DNA of 64,000 nucleotides, from contig OZ024743.1 in assembly GCA_964016885.1 (NCBI GenBank), positions 125,426,001-125,490,000 on the forward strand, written 5' to 3'. The DNA is from Eledone cirrhosa (taxonomy: Eukaryota). The translations under genes were made by a program, and so were the position numbers. A model generated the notes under the pieces. It was not told where the DNA came from. It did no database searches and saw only the letters and a list, made by a program, of their open reading frames with translations. Position 1 is the first letter of the stretch; each line of letters starts with the position of its first letter. Below, one piece after another: positions 25,536 through 35,636 of this stretch.

Positions 25536-26882
25536 TCATATAAAAATAGTTTGGCAGAGTTTTTTGGGCCAGTGGACTCTTCGACCGGAATGGGTTGTGG
25601 TCTTGTATATAGGTGAAGGTGGGGCAGAAGGAGCAGGTGTATGCACAAGAGAGAAAGATTGGGGTATTTGTGGCTCGGGTGTATGAGCGTCATTGTGTGC
25701 CCTTTTTAGTCTATCCACCGAAATTGTCTCTCTGGACCCCTTAATGCCTACTGTGAAATGTTTGTCAGTACGTGCTAACACATAGTAGGGTCCAGAGTAT
25801 GGCTGTGTGAGGGGTGGAGTAACGGTGTCGTTTCTGACGAATACATGTGTCCACGAGGCAATATCCCTCGGGACTGCAGCTTTAATAGTTTGTTTCCTGG
25901 TATTCATGGGCGGTAAGTCCTGAAAATAGGAGCGCAAACGAGATACGTAGGAAAGAGGGTCATGAAAAGCAAGATCAACAGGGGAAAGCATTTGCCCAGG
26001 CAACGCTAGAGGAGCACCATACAGTAATTGGGCCGGGGAGAACCCAAGGTCCTCCTTTATTGATGACCGAATTCCTAATAACACAATAGGAAGGTACTCG
26101 CTCCAATGTTGAGAGTCTGGATAGGCGCGAAGAGCGGCCTTTAATTGGCGGTGGAATCGTTCCACCATTCCGTTCGAAGCAGGATGATAAGCTGTGGTCC
26201 GAATCCGTTGAGCACCAATGTTCTTTGTCAGCTCAGAGAAGAGATGAGACTCAAATTGTCTACCACGGTCTGTGGTGACTGCTGTTGGTACGCCAAAGCG
26301 GGTAATCCACCCTGATACCAACGCACGCGCTATAGTCTCAGCAGTAATATCTTTTAAGGGGATGGCTTCAGGCCATCGCGAAAAACGATCGATGCAGGTC
26401 AAGAGGTAAGAATATCCACTACTGAATGGCCAAGGTCCAACGATATCAATGTGGATGTGTTGAAACCGAGCATCTGGAGTACTGAAAGTACCAAGTGAAG
26501 TCCGGATGTGTCTGTGGACTTTAGATCTCTGACACTGTGTGCAGGAACGGCACCAGACAGTAATTTCTCGCCTCATATTGGGCCAGAAAAATCTAGCCGT
26601 TATGAGCTTTACTGTGGCTGAAATTCCTGGGTGAGAAATGCTCTGCAAAGCAAGGAACACAATTCGACGGTAAGTCTCAGGAACATAAGGTCGTGGTGAA
26701 TCCGTAGATACATCACATAGAATCTTCCTGTCGGTGGTCGACAAGGGCAGATATTTGAAGATACAAGTCGCAAACTCAGCAGAAAGAGTATCCAATGACT
26801 GGAGTGCAGGTTGATCTGCAGCTAAACGACCTAAGTCGATCTCTTGGGATGACGAGATGGAGCTTATTGGCAAACGTGACAA
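25536..26882 (-). CDS. Integrase region of CsRn1-type pol (open 448 aa)
   Basis: Zn-binding SHPG..CTQC; DDE core HIDIVGP / TTDRGRQF / NGMVERFHR; GPY/F motif YSGPY. Confidence 0.9.
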   Translation of the reverse strand: MSRLPISSISSSQEIDLGRLAADQPALQSLDTLSAEFATCIFKYLPLSTTDRKILCDVSTDSPRPYVPETYRRIVFLALQSISHPGISATVKLITARFFWPNMRREITVWCRSCTQCQRSKVHRHIRTSLGTFSTPDARFQHIHIDIVGPWPFSSGYSYLLTCIDRFSRWPEAIPLKDITAETIARALVSGWITRFGVPTAVTTDRGRQFESHLFSELTKNIGAQRIRTTAYHPASNGMVERFHRQLKAALRAYPDSQHWSEYLPIVLLGIRSSIKEDLGFSPAQLLYGAPLALPGQMLSPVDLAFHDPLSYVSRLRSYFQDLPPMNTRKQTIKAAVPRDIASWTHVFVRNDTVTPPLTQPYSGPYYVLARTDKHFTVGIKGSRETISVDRLKRAHNDAHTPEPQIPQSFSLVHTPAPSAPPSPIYKTTTHSGRRVHWPKKLCQTIFI

Positions 26883-29220
26883 TGCGTCTGCAGATATGTT
26901 AAGCGAGCCAGCAATGTGCTGGATATCATTTGTAAATTGCGAAACGTAATCCAGGTGCCTTGTCTCTCTCTGGGTGAATATCTGTCGGCTTTAGCCCTCA
27001 AAGCGAAGGCCAGAGGTTTGTGGTCAGTTAAAACAGTAAAATTTCTCCCCTCAAGAATATGAGAGAAATGTTTCACCGATAGATATATGTATAATAATTC
27101 CCGCCCAAACGTGCTGTAACGCGTTTCTGCTGGTTTCAGCTTCCTTGAGAAAAATGCCAAAGGTTGTTAGTTTCCAGCGTTGAACTGCTGTAAAACTGCT
27201 CCCACAGCGGTATCAACACAAAGCGAGAGCTTGGCCTCTGGTACCGGGTGGGCTAGCAAAGATGAACTAGCGAATGCTGTCTTGGCAGTCTGGAAGTCTT
27301 TAAGCTATCCTTGTGTCAAGGAAATATCCTCATTCTTCTTACAACGATTTTTCAAAATGTCAGTAAGGGAAGATGGCAAATTAGCACAATGAGGAACGAA
27401 ATGCCTATAGAAATTGATTAGGCTTAAGAAGTGACGCAACTGGTGAAGTGTAGTAGGCGAAGGTAAATCCTGTATGGCTTGAACTCGCTGGGGAAGCGGG
27501 CTAATACCTTCAGCGTCGATGAGGTGGCCTAAAAAATTTAGCGAAGTGGAACCGAAAACACACTTTACGGGATTCACACGAACGCGGTAATCCTGAAGTC
27601 GCCGAAATAAAAGATGCATGTGGCGCATATGCTCTTCCGGAGAAGAACTAGTGATGAGAAGATCGTCTATGTATGCATAAACGAAGTCCAGACCACGAGT
27701 GACTTCGTCTATGAACCGCTGAAAAGTGCTAGCGGCGTTCCTGAGTCCGAAAGGCATGGTCAAAAATTCGAAGGAGCCGAAAGGAGTTGTAATCACCGTT
27801 TTCGGAATATCCTCCTTTCTGACCGGAATTTGGTGGTAGGCTCGCACTAAATCTAGTTTTGAGAAAATCTTACACCCCTGCAATGAAGATGCGAAATCCT
27901 GGAGACGGGGGATGGGATACCTATCCAGGACGGTCATAGCATTTAACCTCCTATAATCCCCAGTGGGTCTCCAGTCGCCAGAAGTCTTGGGCACCATGTA
28001 TAACGGTGAAGCTCAAGGACTCGTAGATGAGCGAATAATGCCCAGCTGCAGCATATGGTTGAACTTGGACCGTGCTACCTTTAATTTGTCCGCCGGTAAG
28101 CGGCATAGACGCAAAAACACTGGAGTACCGGTGGTGGAAATGAAATGTTCAGTTGAGTGGGTTGGCTCAGTGACTCAAAAATTTCCATCAGTGAGCTCCG
28201 GGAAAGAACCTAAAAACGAATGGCAGCGATGAAGAATATGGGGATGACTGTTGGAGCATTGGCTTTCCGGCCACGAATTGAAAAACCGGTGCTGTCATCC
28301 ACCAGGCGTTGGCCACGGACGTCCACAGTCAAAGAGAGGTTGTGGAGGAAATCCGCTCCTAAGAAAGGGTATGGCAAATCGGCAACCGTAAAAATCCACT
28401 TAAAATCCCTACGAAGATTTAAGAATTTGAGAGGAAGTGAGATTTGTCCGTACATCTTTATAGACGAGTGATTAACGGCCTGCAGAGTAACGGATGACTC
28501 CATGGGGGTATCTTTCAGGCAATGGACCGGCCAAATACTACAGGAGGCTCCTGTATCCACGAGGAAACCTCTTCCTGACATAAGGTCCTTAATGAAGAAA
28601 TGGCGGTTTGGTGGCTTTGTGCTGAGGTCAACTGTCTCCGTTAGCGGACCTCTTTGGCGATTCCCGCCTTATGAAACGAGCAAGGTTGCACGCAGTGGTT
28701 CGCGCTCTCGGCAAAACGCTCGTGGTACCAGCATAAAGATGAAGCTGGTGACCTGGGGTGGCGTCTAAAAGAGTGAGATCTCCCGCGGCTGCGCGAGCAC
28801 CACACCAGACCATCTTCTGGAGCTCCAGGGTGAGTTCCCGAATGGACTTCTGCATCGCCATAATAGCTGAGCTGTCTGTAGGAGCTGCCGCACAGATGGC
28901 ATGGCCACGTGTGACCTGAGCTGGTTGGGAAACAGCGGCAAGGGCTTCGCTGTCTCCAGCACCCGTGACTTCAAAAACTTTGTCCGCAGAGGCAGCAAGC
29001 TTATCCACTGTGCAAGTGTCCCTAATGGGGGCCAAAATTGCCTGTACATTGGTCGGTAGGCGCGATAACAACTGCTTCAACATGGCAGATTCCGCTACCG
29101 ACTCCTCCGTTAGGTCCTTCATTCGCCTTAGCAGGTTCGATGGGGTGCCATCACCGATATGCTCCAGATGGACCAGAGCCCCTAAATCTTTTCTCTGTGG
29201 ACTGTGCAGTCAGGCTGAGT
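26864..29220 (-). pseudogene. Frameshifted gag-protease-RT-RNase H of the CsRn1-type element
   Basis: gag 28628..29122 with CHCC in an alternative frame; protease FLVDTGAS (28210..28581); [22 protein letters not shown] (27305..27997); RNase H RYSTFGRELL, TDHKPL (26864..27160); several stops and frameshifts. Confidence 0.9.
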
Positions 29221-29871
29221 AATCTTCCAAAAATTGTCTCAGTTTGGAAAAATATCTCCAACACAAGGGAAAAAGAAAACAAAATCGCTTGTTTTTCTCT
29301 GTCAAACAACTGGACAGGAAAAAGAATGCATCCGAGACAATATGTAAAGGAGCGACTAACGGAGCAATGTCATTAATAAGGTATAGGCGGCGAATTCAAA
29401 ACAAAAACCATTATGGTGGACGATTTCGCACCAAAAACACTTTTGATGGAGAAGAAAGCCGCCATCTTGTCATCCTCAAACATTTTAGCCAGAGAAAAGA
29501 AAAGAAGAAAAAACATTCCTACAATTGTTTTGCTAGGAATATTATCTTATTTTATGTGGTTAGAAAAAGCTATCTCACTTACCGCTTTTCACAGGCGCCG
29601 CTAAATTCCACTGCAGGTTACTCCTCTTCCACGTGCGTCCAACTGCTTAACACCGGGAGCTGCCCAAAACTCGCGTCCACACCGTGTGCTGGTCATCACT
29701 AGAGAGAGGCCCTCTGCTGGCCCTTCCGGTCGAGCATCCTTCCGGCCAAAAGGCCCTTCCGGTCGAGCACTCCCCCGCCTCCGGCCACCGCACGCCACAC
29801 ACCATTCCGGTCGAGCACTCCCTCGCCTCCGGCCACCGCACGCCACACCATACCCACACGCCCCCCTGATC

Positions 29872-31749
29872 TCAAGGATCAATTTCCCCCTCGTCCCTCT
29901 GCATATGAAAGTCTACTGTCCAGGTTGGTGGTCTACGACTTCGTTGCGATCTTCGTATTATTGGGGCAGGGCTCTGGGTTTCCACCTCATCTTGGGTTTC
30001 CTCTTCCTCGGAGTCCGTCGACACAGTGATTCTTCTTACATCCAGGACATGACGTGGTACCCCGTCCACGGACACATTGTTCTTTGAATTTACGGCCGTC
30101 ACCGTTCCCCTTCCCCATTGAGATGTGCAACGTGCATCTGGGGGCTTAACCCAGACTTCTTCGCCCACCTGCACGAATGCACTCTCTCTCCCCACTGGCC
30201 GTTGTGGTGGCGTGCATGGGTGCCGCCACTCGTATTTGAATACTGCTCTGTGTGGCACCGATTCCTCGACCTGTCCAACCCGAGGGGACATATTGTACCA
30301 GAACACTGCCTCCATTGGTGAGATATGGCCCCGCTCCGCCATTGTCTTGATCGTCCGGTGGTGTCGCTCCACAATTCCATTCCCGCTCGGCCTGTGCGCC
30401 GCTCTGAAGAAACGGTCCACCTTCCATCCATCGAGCATCTCCCTCAGTGCCTCCGAGCGGAACGCTGCGCTGTTGTCCATCAGCAGTTCGTCCACAAGGC
30501 CCCGCTCCAAGAACACCTCTCTCAACGTCCGCACGATTTCCTCGGCCGTTCCAGTCCTCATCTCCCTCCATATCGCCATTCGACCTGGTCCACAGTCGAC
30601 CATCGAGAGGTACGTTCCCTGCCGGTAGTGCGTCACATCCACCGCTAATCGCTTCCAGTCGCGATCCACCGGGAGGCTTCCCGTTTCGTGTACACCCGGG
30701 GCGGGATCAATGGACTGACATCGGACGCAGCCTCTAACCACCCCCCGAACACTGTGTCTGCTAACGTCCGAGTCGATTCTCCTGGCTAGGAACAGGTTCC
30801 TATCCACCCCCATGTGGTGCATGTCATGCAACCCCTTCAGGTCTAACTCGGTCAGCCGACACACGGCAGCTATCTCATCCTCTACCTCCTCCGGCGCTTC
30901 CATCCAGGCTTTCTTCACTCTAGTTAAGATGTCCGCCCTATTTTTCTCTGAGGGCACGAACACTACACTCAGCTTCAGGTCGAACTCGGTGGCCAGCTCT
31001 CCTAATGTTCCTAGGCGGCGCTTTATCAGCTTCTCCGCCGCGCCTCTCGTTCGCACTCTCTTCTCACTGGTGAGCACTGATCTTACCCATCCGAGTACAG
31101 TAGCCGAGTCGGTGCGTATCTCGATGGTGCGCAGCCCCCACCGCAGGGCGAGGTTCACCCCTCTCAATACCGCGTCCAGCTCGGCCACATTGATGTGGCT
31201 GCAGTCGTCCTTCTTTTTAAGCCAGGCTGCATCCTCGACCTCAACACCTCCTATCTCCAACGTGACACCCAGCGCTATGCTGCTGGCATCGCACCATACG
31301 GTCCCGCTCTGTGATTTGGGAACGTACCAGCGTCCCCGCACTGGGTCGTCGGCCTTCACCTTCGCCACGATCTCCTGCATCATGGCCACCGTCCTCTCTC
31401 CCACTCTGTCACTCCAAGTCACCCCTCCCGCTCGTCTCTTGACATAGCTGCATGCCGTCCGGAGCCACTCAGCGATCGGGTAGTGACCCACCAGCTTTCC
31501 ACACACCGAGAAAAGCTCCCGCCTATTCATACTTGGGCCCAGTTCCGGAACTTCGTTTCCCCTCTGGAACACCAAAACGCCCGTCTTGTCTCGCCGTAGC
31601 CTAAGTCCCAGCGCGGCTCCTCCCTCCAATGCTTCTGATAGCTTCGCAGTCAGTCCATACCTCCACAAGTGGCTTGTGACCTCCGCCGTCGACACCACCG
31701 ACTCGGCCACTAGGATGTCGTCAATATAGGAGTTAGTAGCCCTCTTTAT
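29872..31749 (-). CDS. pol remnant of the inner element: RT C-terminal half (YIDD at 31717-31728), RNase H, HHCC-DDE integrase
   Basis: ORF 29872..31710 is open upstream to IKRATNSYIDDILV; RH WCDAS / HINVAELDAV / RTDSATV / NRADILTR; integrase HDMHH..CVRC, AVDVTH, LMDN, NGIVERHHR. Confidence 0.9.
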   Translation of the reverse strand: MKRATNSYIDDILVAESVVSTAEVTSHLWRYGLTAKLSEALEGGAALGLRLRRDKTGVLVFQRGNEVPELGPSMNRRELFSVCGKLVGHYPIAEWLRTACSYVKRRAGGVTWSDRVGERTVAMMQEIVAKVKADDPVRGRWYVPKSQSGTVWCDASSIALGVTLEIGGVEVEDAAWLKKKDDCSHINVAELDAVLRGVNLALRWGLRTIEIRTDSATVLGWVRSVLTSEKRVRTRGAAEKLIKRRLGTLGELATEFDLKLSVVFVPSEKNRADILTRVKKAWMEAPEEVEDEIAAVCRLTELDLKGLHDMHHMGVDRNLFLARRIDSDVSRHSVRGVVRGCVRCQSIDPAPGVHETGSLPVDRDWKRLAVDVTHYRQGTYLSMVDCGPGRMAIWREMRTGTAEEIVRTLREVFLERGLVDELLMDNSAAFRSEALREMLDGWKVDRFFRAAHRPSGNGIVERHHRTIKTMAERGHISPMEAVFWYNMSPRVGQVEESVPHRAVFKYEWRHPCTPPQRPVGRESAFVQVGEEVWVKPPDARCTSQWGRGTVTAVNSKNNVSVDGVPRHVLDVRRITVSTDSEEEETQDEVETQSPAPIIRRSQRSRRPPTWTVDFHMQRDEGEIDP

Positions 31750-32178
31750 AACCCGGGACTTGCTGCAGTTTCACTGCTATGTCGTCCGGAAATCCATTGA
31801 TGAACGCCAACCGCACCGTGCGTTCGCATTCCGCCTGGTAAACGGCCAACATAGCCAACCGCCTTATTTCCGCTGCGAAAATGTCGACGCGCTCACCATT
31901 CCACCTGATTCTCGCCAGCTTAGCAAACGCTGCAAACGGTCCCTTGGCGAATGCATCCATCAGACGCCTCTCAATCTTCTGCACATCTCTTTGGCTGTGC
32001 TCGTCTAACTCAAGGAAGAGTACCAGCGCGTCGCCCTCGAGGTACAATGCCATGAGGCCGGCCACGTCCTCTATCTTCTGCAAGCTTGCGACCAGCCGAA
32101 CCTTCCGCAGCCAAGCGACAACATCACCTTCCCGGTGAATGCCCTGATAGCTTCGTTCATCCGTAGTCTTGTCACCAT
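31750..32178 (-). pseudogene. Truncated gag of the inner element
   Basis: ATG at 32178 gives MVTRLRMNEAIRAFTG, then a 1-nt frameshift into EGDVVAWLRKVRLVA...LYLEGDAL (ORF 31733..32200); fused directly to the RT YIDD region. Confidence 0.8.
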
Positions 32179-32231
32179 CTTCTGGTTTGTCTTGCGGCAA
32201 GTGTTTTTTTTTTTTGTTTTTTTTTTCAGTC

Positions 32232-32243
32232 GCCGAAATAGCT
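32232..32243 (-). promoter_or_regulatory. Putative primer-binding site complementary to nt 1-12 of tRNA-Phe(GAA)
   Basis: Plus strand GCCGAAATAGCT directly abuts the LTR at 32244; identical to the recalled 5' end of metazoan tRNA-Phe (GCCGAAATAGCTCAG...). Confidence 0.75.
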
Positions 32244-32670
32244 TGTGGTTAGAAAAAGCTATCTCACTTACCGCTTTTCACAGGCGCCGCTAAATTCCAC
32301 TGCAGGTACTCCTCTTCCACGTGCGTCCAACTGCTTAACACCGGGAGCTGCCCAAACTCGCGTCCACACCGTGTGCTGGTCACCACTAGAGAGAGGCCCT
32401 CTGCTGGCCCTTCCGGTCGAGCACTCCCCCGCCTCCGGACACCGCACGCCACACCATACCCACATTTTATTTTTTTTATTTTTTTTGTGTTTGTGTGTAA
32501 ATAAATGGAATGCTCGCTTTGGACATATGAGGAGTTTGATTGTTAAATGTTACAGATAACGATGCTGAAATCAGGAAAATACAGCCAGATCAAAATGAAG
32601 CGTGTTTTTTTAATTTTTTTAATTTTATATACACATAATACCGTTTCCTATTTTTTTTCGGTGTCACCAA

Positions 32671-33198
32671 TTTAGAATATTAGTATCAGTGTATATATAT
32701 ATATTATTAAAAATAACAATAATTGCAGGTGCATGTTGTGACATGGTTTTACTTCACAGAAGTCAAATAAATTAATAGAAATAATTTTTACCACATGTTG
32801 ATGGTCAGTTGGTCGCAACTCCCAGACTGGAGCGTGTAGAGAAAGAGAGAGAGAGAAGACAGGAGTCATCTCTTCATAAGACAGGATTCATCTCTAGGGA
32901 GAGAAAGCAGGAATCGTCTCTTGAAGGTTGAAGTCGTTCTTTTCAGCTGCGGCGTAGCAAGTGAGAGAGAATTGCCTCACGTTCTCAAATATATAGTCCC
33001 CATGGGGACGTAACTCCGTTTAGTACATGGATGTACCACTAGGGGTCACGACCGTCACAAAGGGACGCTTAGTTCATGGATGTGACACTAGGGGTCACGA
33101 CCGTCGCAAAGGGATGCAACTCTTATCCGATCTGAGTTGCTCGCAAAGGGACGCAACTCTTATCCGTTCTGAGTTCCAGCCGTAAGGGGGTTGCTACA
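32671..33198 (-). repeat. 5' LTR of the CsRn1-type element
   Basis: Direct repeat of 24891-25376 plus an extra 37-bp tandem copy; followed by a TGG PBS. Confidence 0.95.
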
Positions 33199-34132
33199 GT
33201 CTTGTTCGCGTCATTTACCAATCTTGTACTTTCTCAGACCCGCGAAGGCTAGGCTTTTTTGGTCATGAATCTTGAGTGATAGCCCGTAAATACAAACGGC
33301 CAAATTGGAGTTCCTCCGAAGGGTCTTTGGAATAATGTTACTCACCGCGGTAAGGTAGTGCCATTGCTTACTACAAACACAACACGCAACCCATCTCAGG
33401 AATCGAACCCACGACATTATGATCGTAAGTCTAACACCCTTACCACTAGGCCACGCGCCTCTATTAGGACCAGGTGGTGGTGTGAAACAGGGCGACGGAT
33501 TAAGTCAACCGGCCAAATAGCCTACAGCGAGATTTGAAACCAGAACGCAAAGAGCAGAAACAGTTATAGTAAGGAATCTCGTCTAACGCTCTAACAATGA
33601 TACCAATCCACTGCTCTGGAGTATTATTTTATTTCAACGACTCCAGAAAGACGAAATGAAAAGTTGACCATGGCTGGATTTTAACACAGCATGCAGACAG
33701 TATGAACAAATACTGCAAAGCATTTTCTCCTGCGTCTAACAATTCCGCCAAATCCATAACCTTGGGCTGGTACTTTATTTTTTTTAAACCGAAATTGAAA
33801 AACAAAATTGACTGCGGCAAGATTTGCACTCAAAACTTTTTGATCCATTCAATGGATAAAAGAGTTAAGTTGTACTGAAGAGTTGTATAAATAACATTAA
33901 AAATAATAAAAAAAAAGAGAAAGAAAAGGAAAAGGAAAAAAGAAAGAGAAAAGAAAACATACGCAAGCGGGTAATACATCTAGGACGACATACAACAAAA
34001 GGCAGGTGAAAAGGGCGGACAAACAAACCGCAACCAGAGAAACAGATAACAATATCGCGAATAATCATTGTGTGTATAGAAACCATGAAGGACAATTGTA
34101 TTTGTTCAAATATGACCGGAAAAATATTACTT

Positions 34133-35636
34133 TATAGAAAGGATGAGGAGTTAAATATTACCTATATCTTTTTATAACTGCAAGTTGAAATTCTTCTAAG
34201 GATCTTGTTTTTTACAAACGATAAGAGCCACATGGCTTAGTGGTTAGAGCATTGGGCTTGCAATCGAAAGGTTGTGAGTTCAATTCTCAGACCGGGTGAT
34301 GTGTTGTTTCCTTGAGCAACACACTTTATTTCACATTGCTCCAGTTTACTCAGCTGTAGAAATGAGATGATAGGGACTGGGGTCCATATCATTCCACTGC
34401 AAAGTGGTCGTGGAGGTGCCACGGCAAAAAAGCGCCCAGCACTCACTGTATGGGGTTGGTGTTGGGAAGGGCATCCAGCTGTAGAAATGAAGCCAGAATC
34501 AGTTCCCGTCCCACCCTTGCAAGCAGGGAAAAGGCGGACGTAAAATGAAATGATGATGATGAATAAGAGAAATACCTTAGTCGATGAGTTGGTTGCTTCT
34601 TATGTCACATGCTTCTGACTTCCAGGATATAAATAAATATCTCTTTAACGCTCAAATCTCTATAAATATAATTTTTATTGTCGAAAAGAATATAGTAGGA
34701 GTCATTTTGTAATAATTCTTCACACTTCCGTAGTTATCTCTTCGTCTCCCGTGTACTGTAGTTTTTACCCGAGAGTGACACTGTATTCATACGCAATTTA
34801 CCATTGGTCTGTTTAATCGTATTGCATATGAAAATGTTGCTATTGCGAGGTACGACGTAGTTCCACTACATCACCCTCTGCTTAGACTGGAAAGCAGTCG
34901 ATAAAAATGAGGAGAAAATGTCTCCTCATAAGTCATGCAAATCATAAATGAAGAAAAAAGAGAAAAAAAGAATAGATTATATGTAAATTGTTTTACAAAG
35001 TTTTTTGTGCCAATGAACATGATGACAACTACGAGTTGTCGTGATGTATGTTGAAGATAAAGGAGTGTTTGTATGTGATTGTGGTGCTTGCGATGGTGTT
35101 TGTATTGATATATTGTAGGATGGGGAGTATGAGGCTCTGGTGTGAGAGCATCTGTGTAGGCCCGCTTTAGTCTGTCAATAGAAACTGTCTTTATGTCCAT
35201 TAAAGTCAAAGGTAAAATGTTTGTTTGTACGTGCAAGTGCGCGGTAGGGTCCAGAATAAGGTGGAGTGAGAGGACTTCTCACTGCGTCATTTCTGACAAA
35301 AACATGGGTCCACGAGGCAATGTCCCTCTCAACCGAAGATTTAATGGCTTGTTGACTAGTGTTCATAGGAGGCAGAACTTGAAAATACGAACGCAAACGG
35401 ATCACATAGTGTAAGGTCTTGAGTAGAAAGGTCGACTGGGGCAAGCATCTGCCCTGGCAAAGATAAAGTAGGAGTCATTCAGAAATAATTCTTCACACTT
35501 CCGTAGTCATCTCTTCGTGTACTGTGGTTTTTACTCGAGAGTGACACTGTATTCATACGCAATTTACCATTGGTCTGTTTAACGTTATTGCATATGAAAA
35601 TGTTGCTATTGCGAGATACGACGTAGTTCCTCTACA
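34133..35636 (-). mobile_element. Second CsRn1-like Gypsy element, massively deleted
   Basis: 3' LTR about 34133-34870 (interrupted by a SINE); PPT agcagagggtga; integrase C-terminus [20 protein letters not shown] (about 34980-35460); partial 5' LTR about 35467-35636; ACTT repeated at both outer edges. Confidence 0.85.
34228..34562 (+). mobile_element. SINE family A inserted in an LTR
   Basis: TSD ATAAGAG (34221-34227 and 34563-34569), (GAT)n tail. Confidence 0.9.

Larger units (their letters stand above)
29555..32464 (-). mobile_element. GC-rich LTR retrotransposon nested in the CsRn1 leader, internally deleted, with non-canonical PBS
   Basis: LTRs TGTGG...CCACA at 29555-29858 and 32244-32464; 5-bp TSD TTTTA (29550-29554 and 32465-32469); PPT aggggggcg before the 3' LTR. 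Confidence 0.95.
24891..33198 (-). mobile_element. Ty3/Gypsy LTR retrotransposon, CsRn1 clade, defective, with a nested insertion
   Basis: LTRs 24891-25376 and 32671-33198; 4-bp TSD GTCT (24887-24890 and 33199-33202); PBS TGGTGACACCG (about 32659-32669, tRNA-Trp-like); PPT ggaagaggg next to the 3' LTR; gag CHCC motif CWYHERFAESANHCVQPC; order PR-RT-RH-INT. Confidence 0.95.

Noticed and set aside
29244-29702. 152-aa plus-strand ORF
   Set aside because: It crosses the insertion junction of two different elements, so it is a chance chimera.
29601-31447. Many overlapping alternative-frame and antisense ORFs in the inner element
   Set aside because: Expected from high GC content opposite a real pol ORF; no recognisable motifs.
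32232-32243. Possible tRNA-Phe gene or pseudogene
   Set aside because: Only nt 1-12 are present and the match stops at the LTR edge, so it is treated as a PBS.
33394-33461. tRNA-like sequence on the minus strand (TGGCCTAGTGG ... GGTTCGATTCC)
   Set aside because: No paired acceptor stem, and it runs into SINE body sequence; it is a SINE head, not a tRNA gene.
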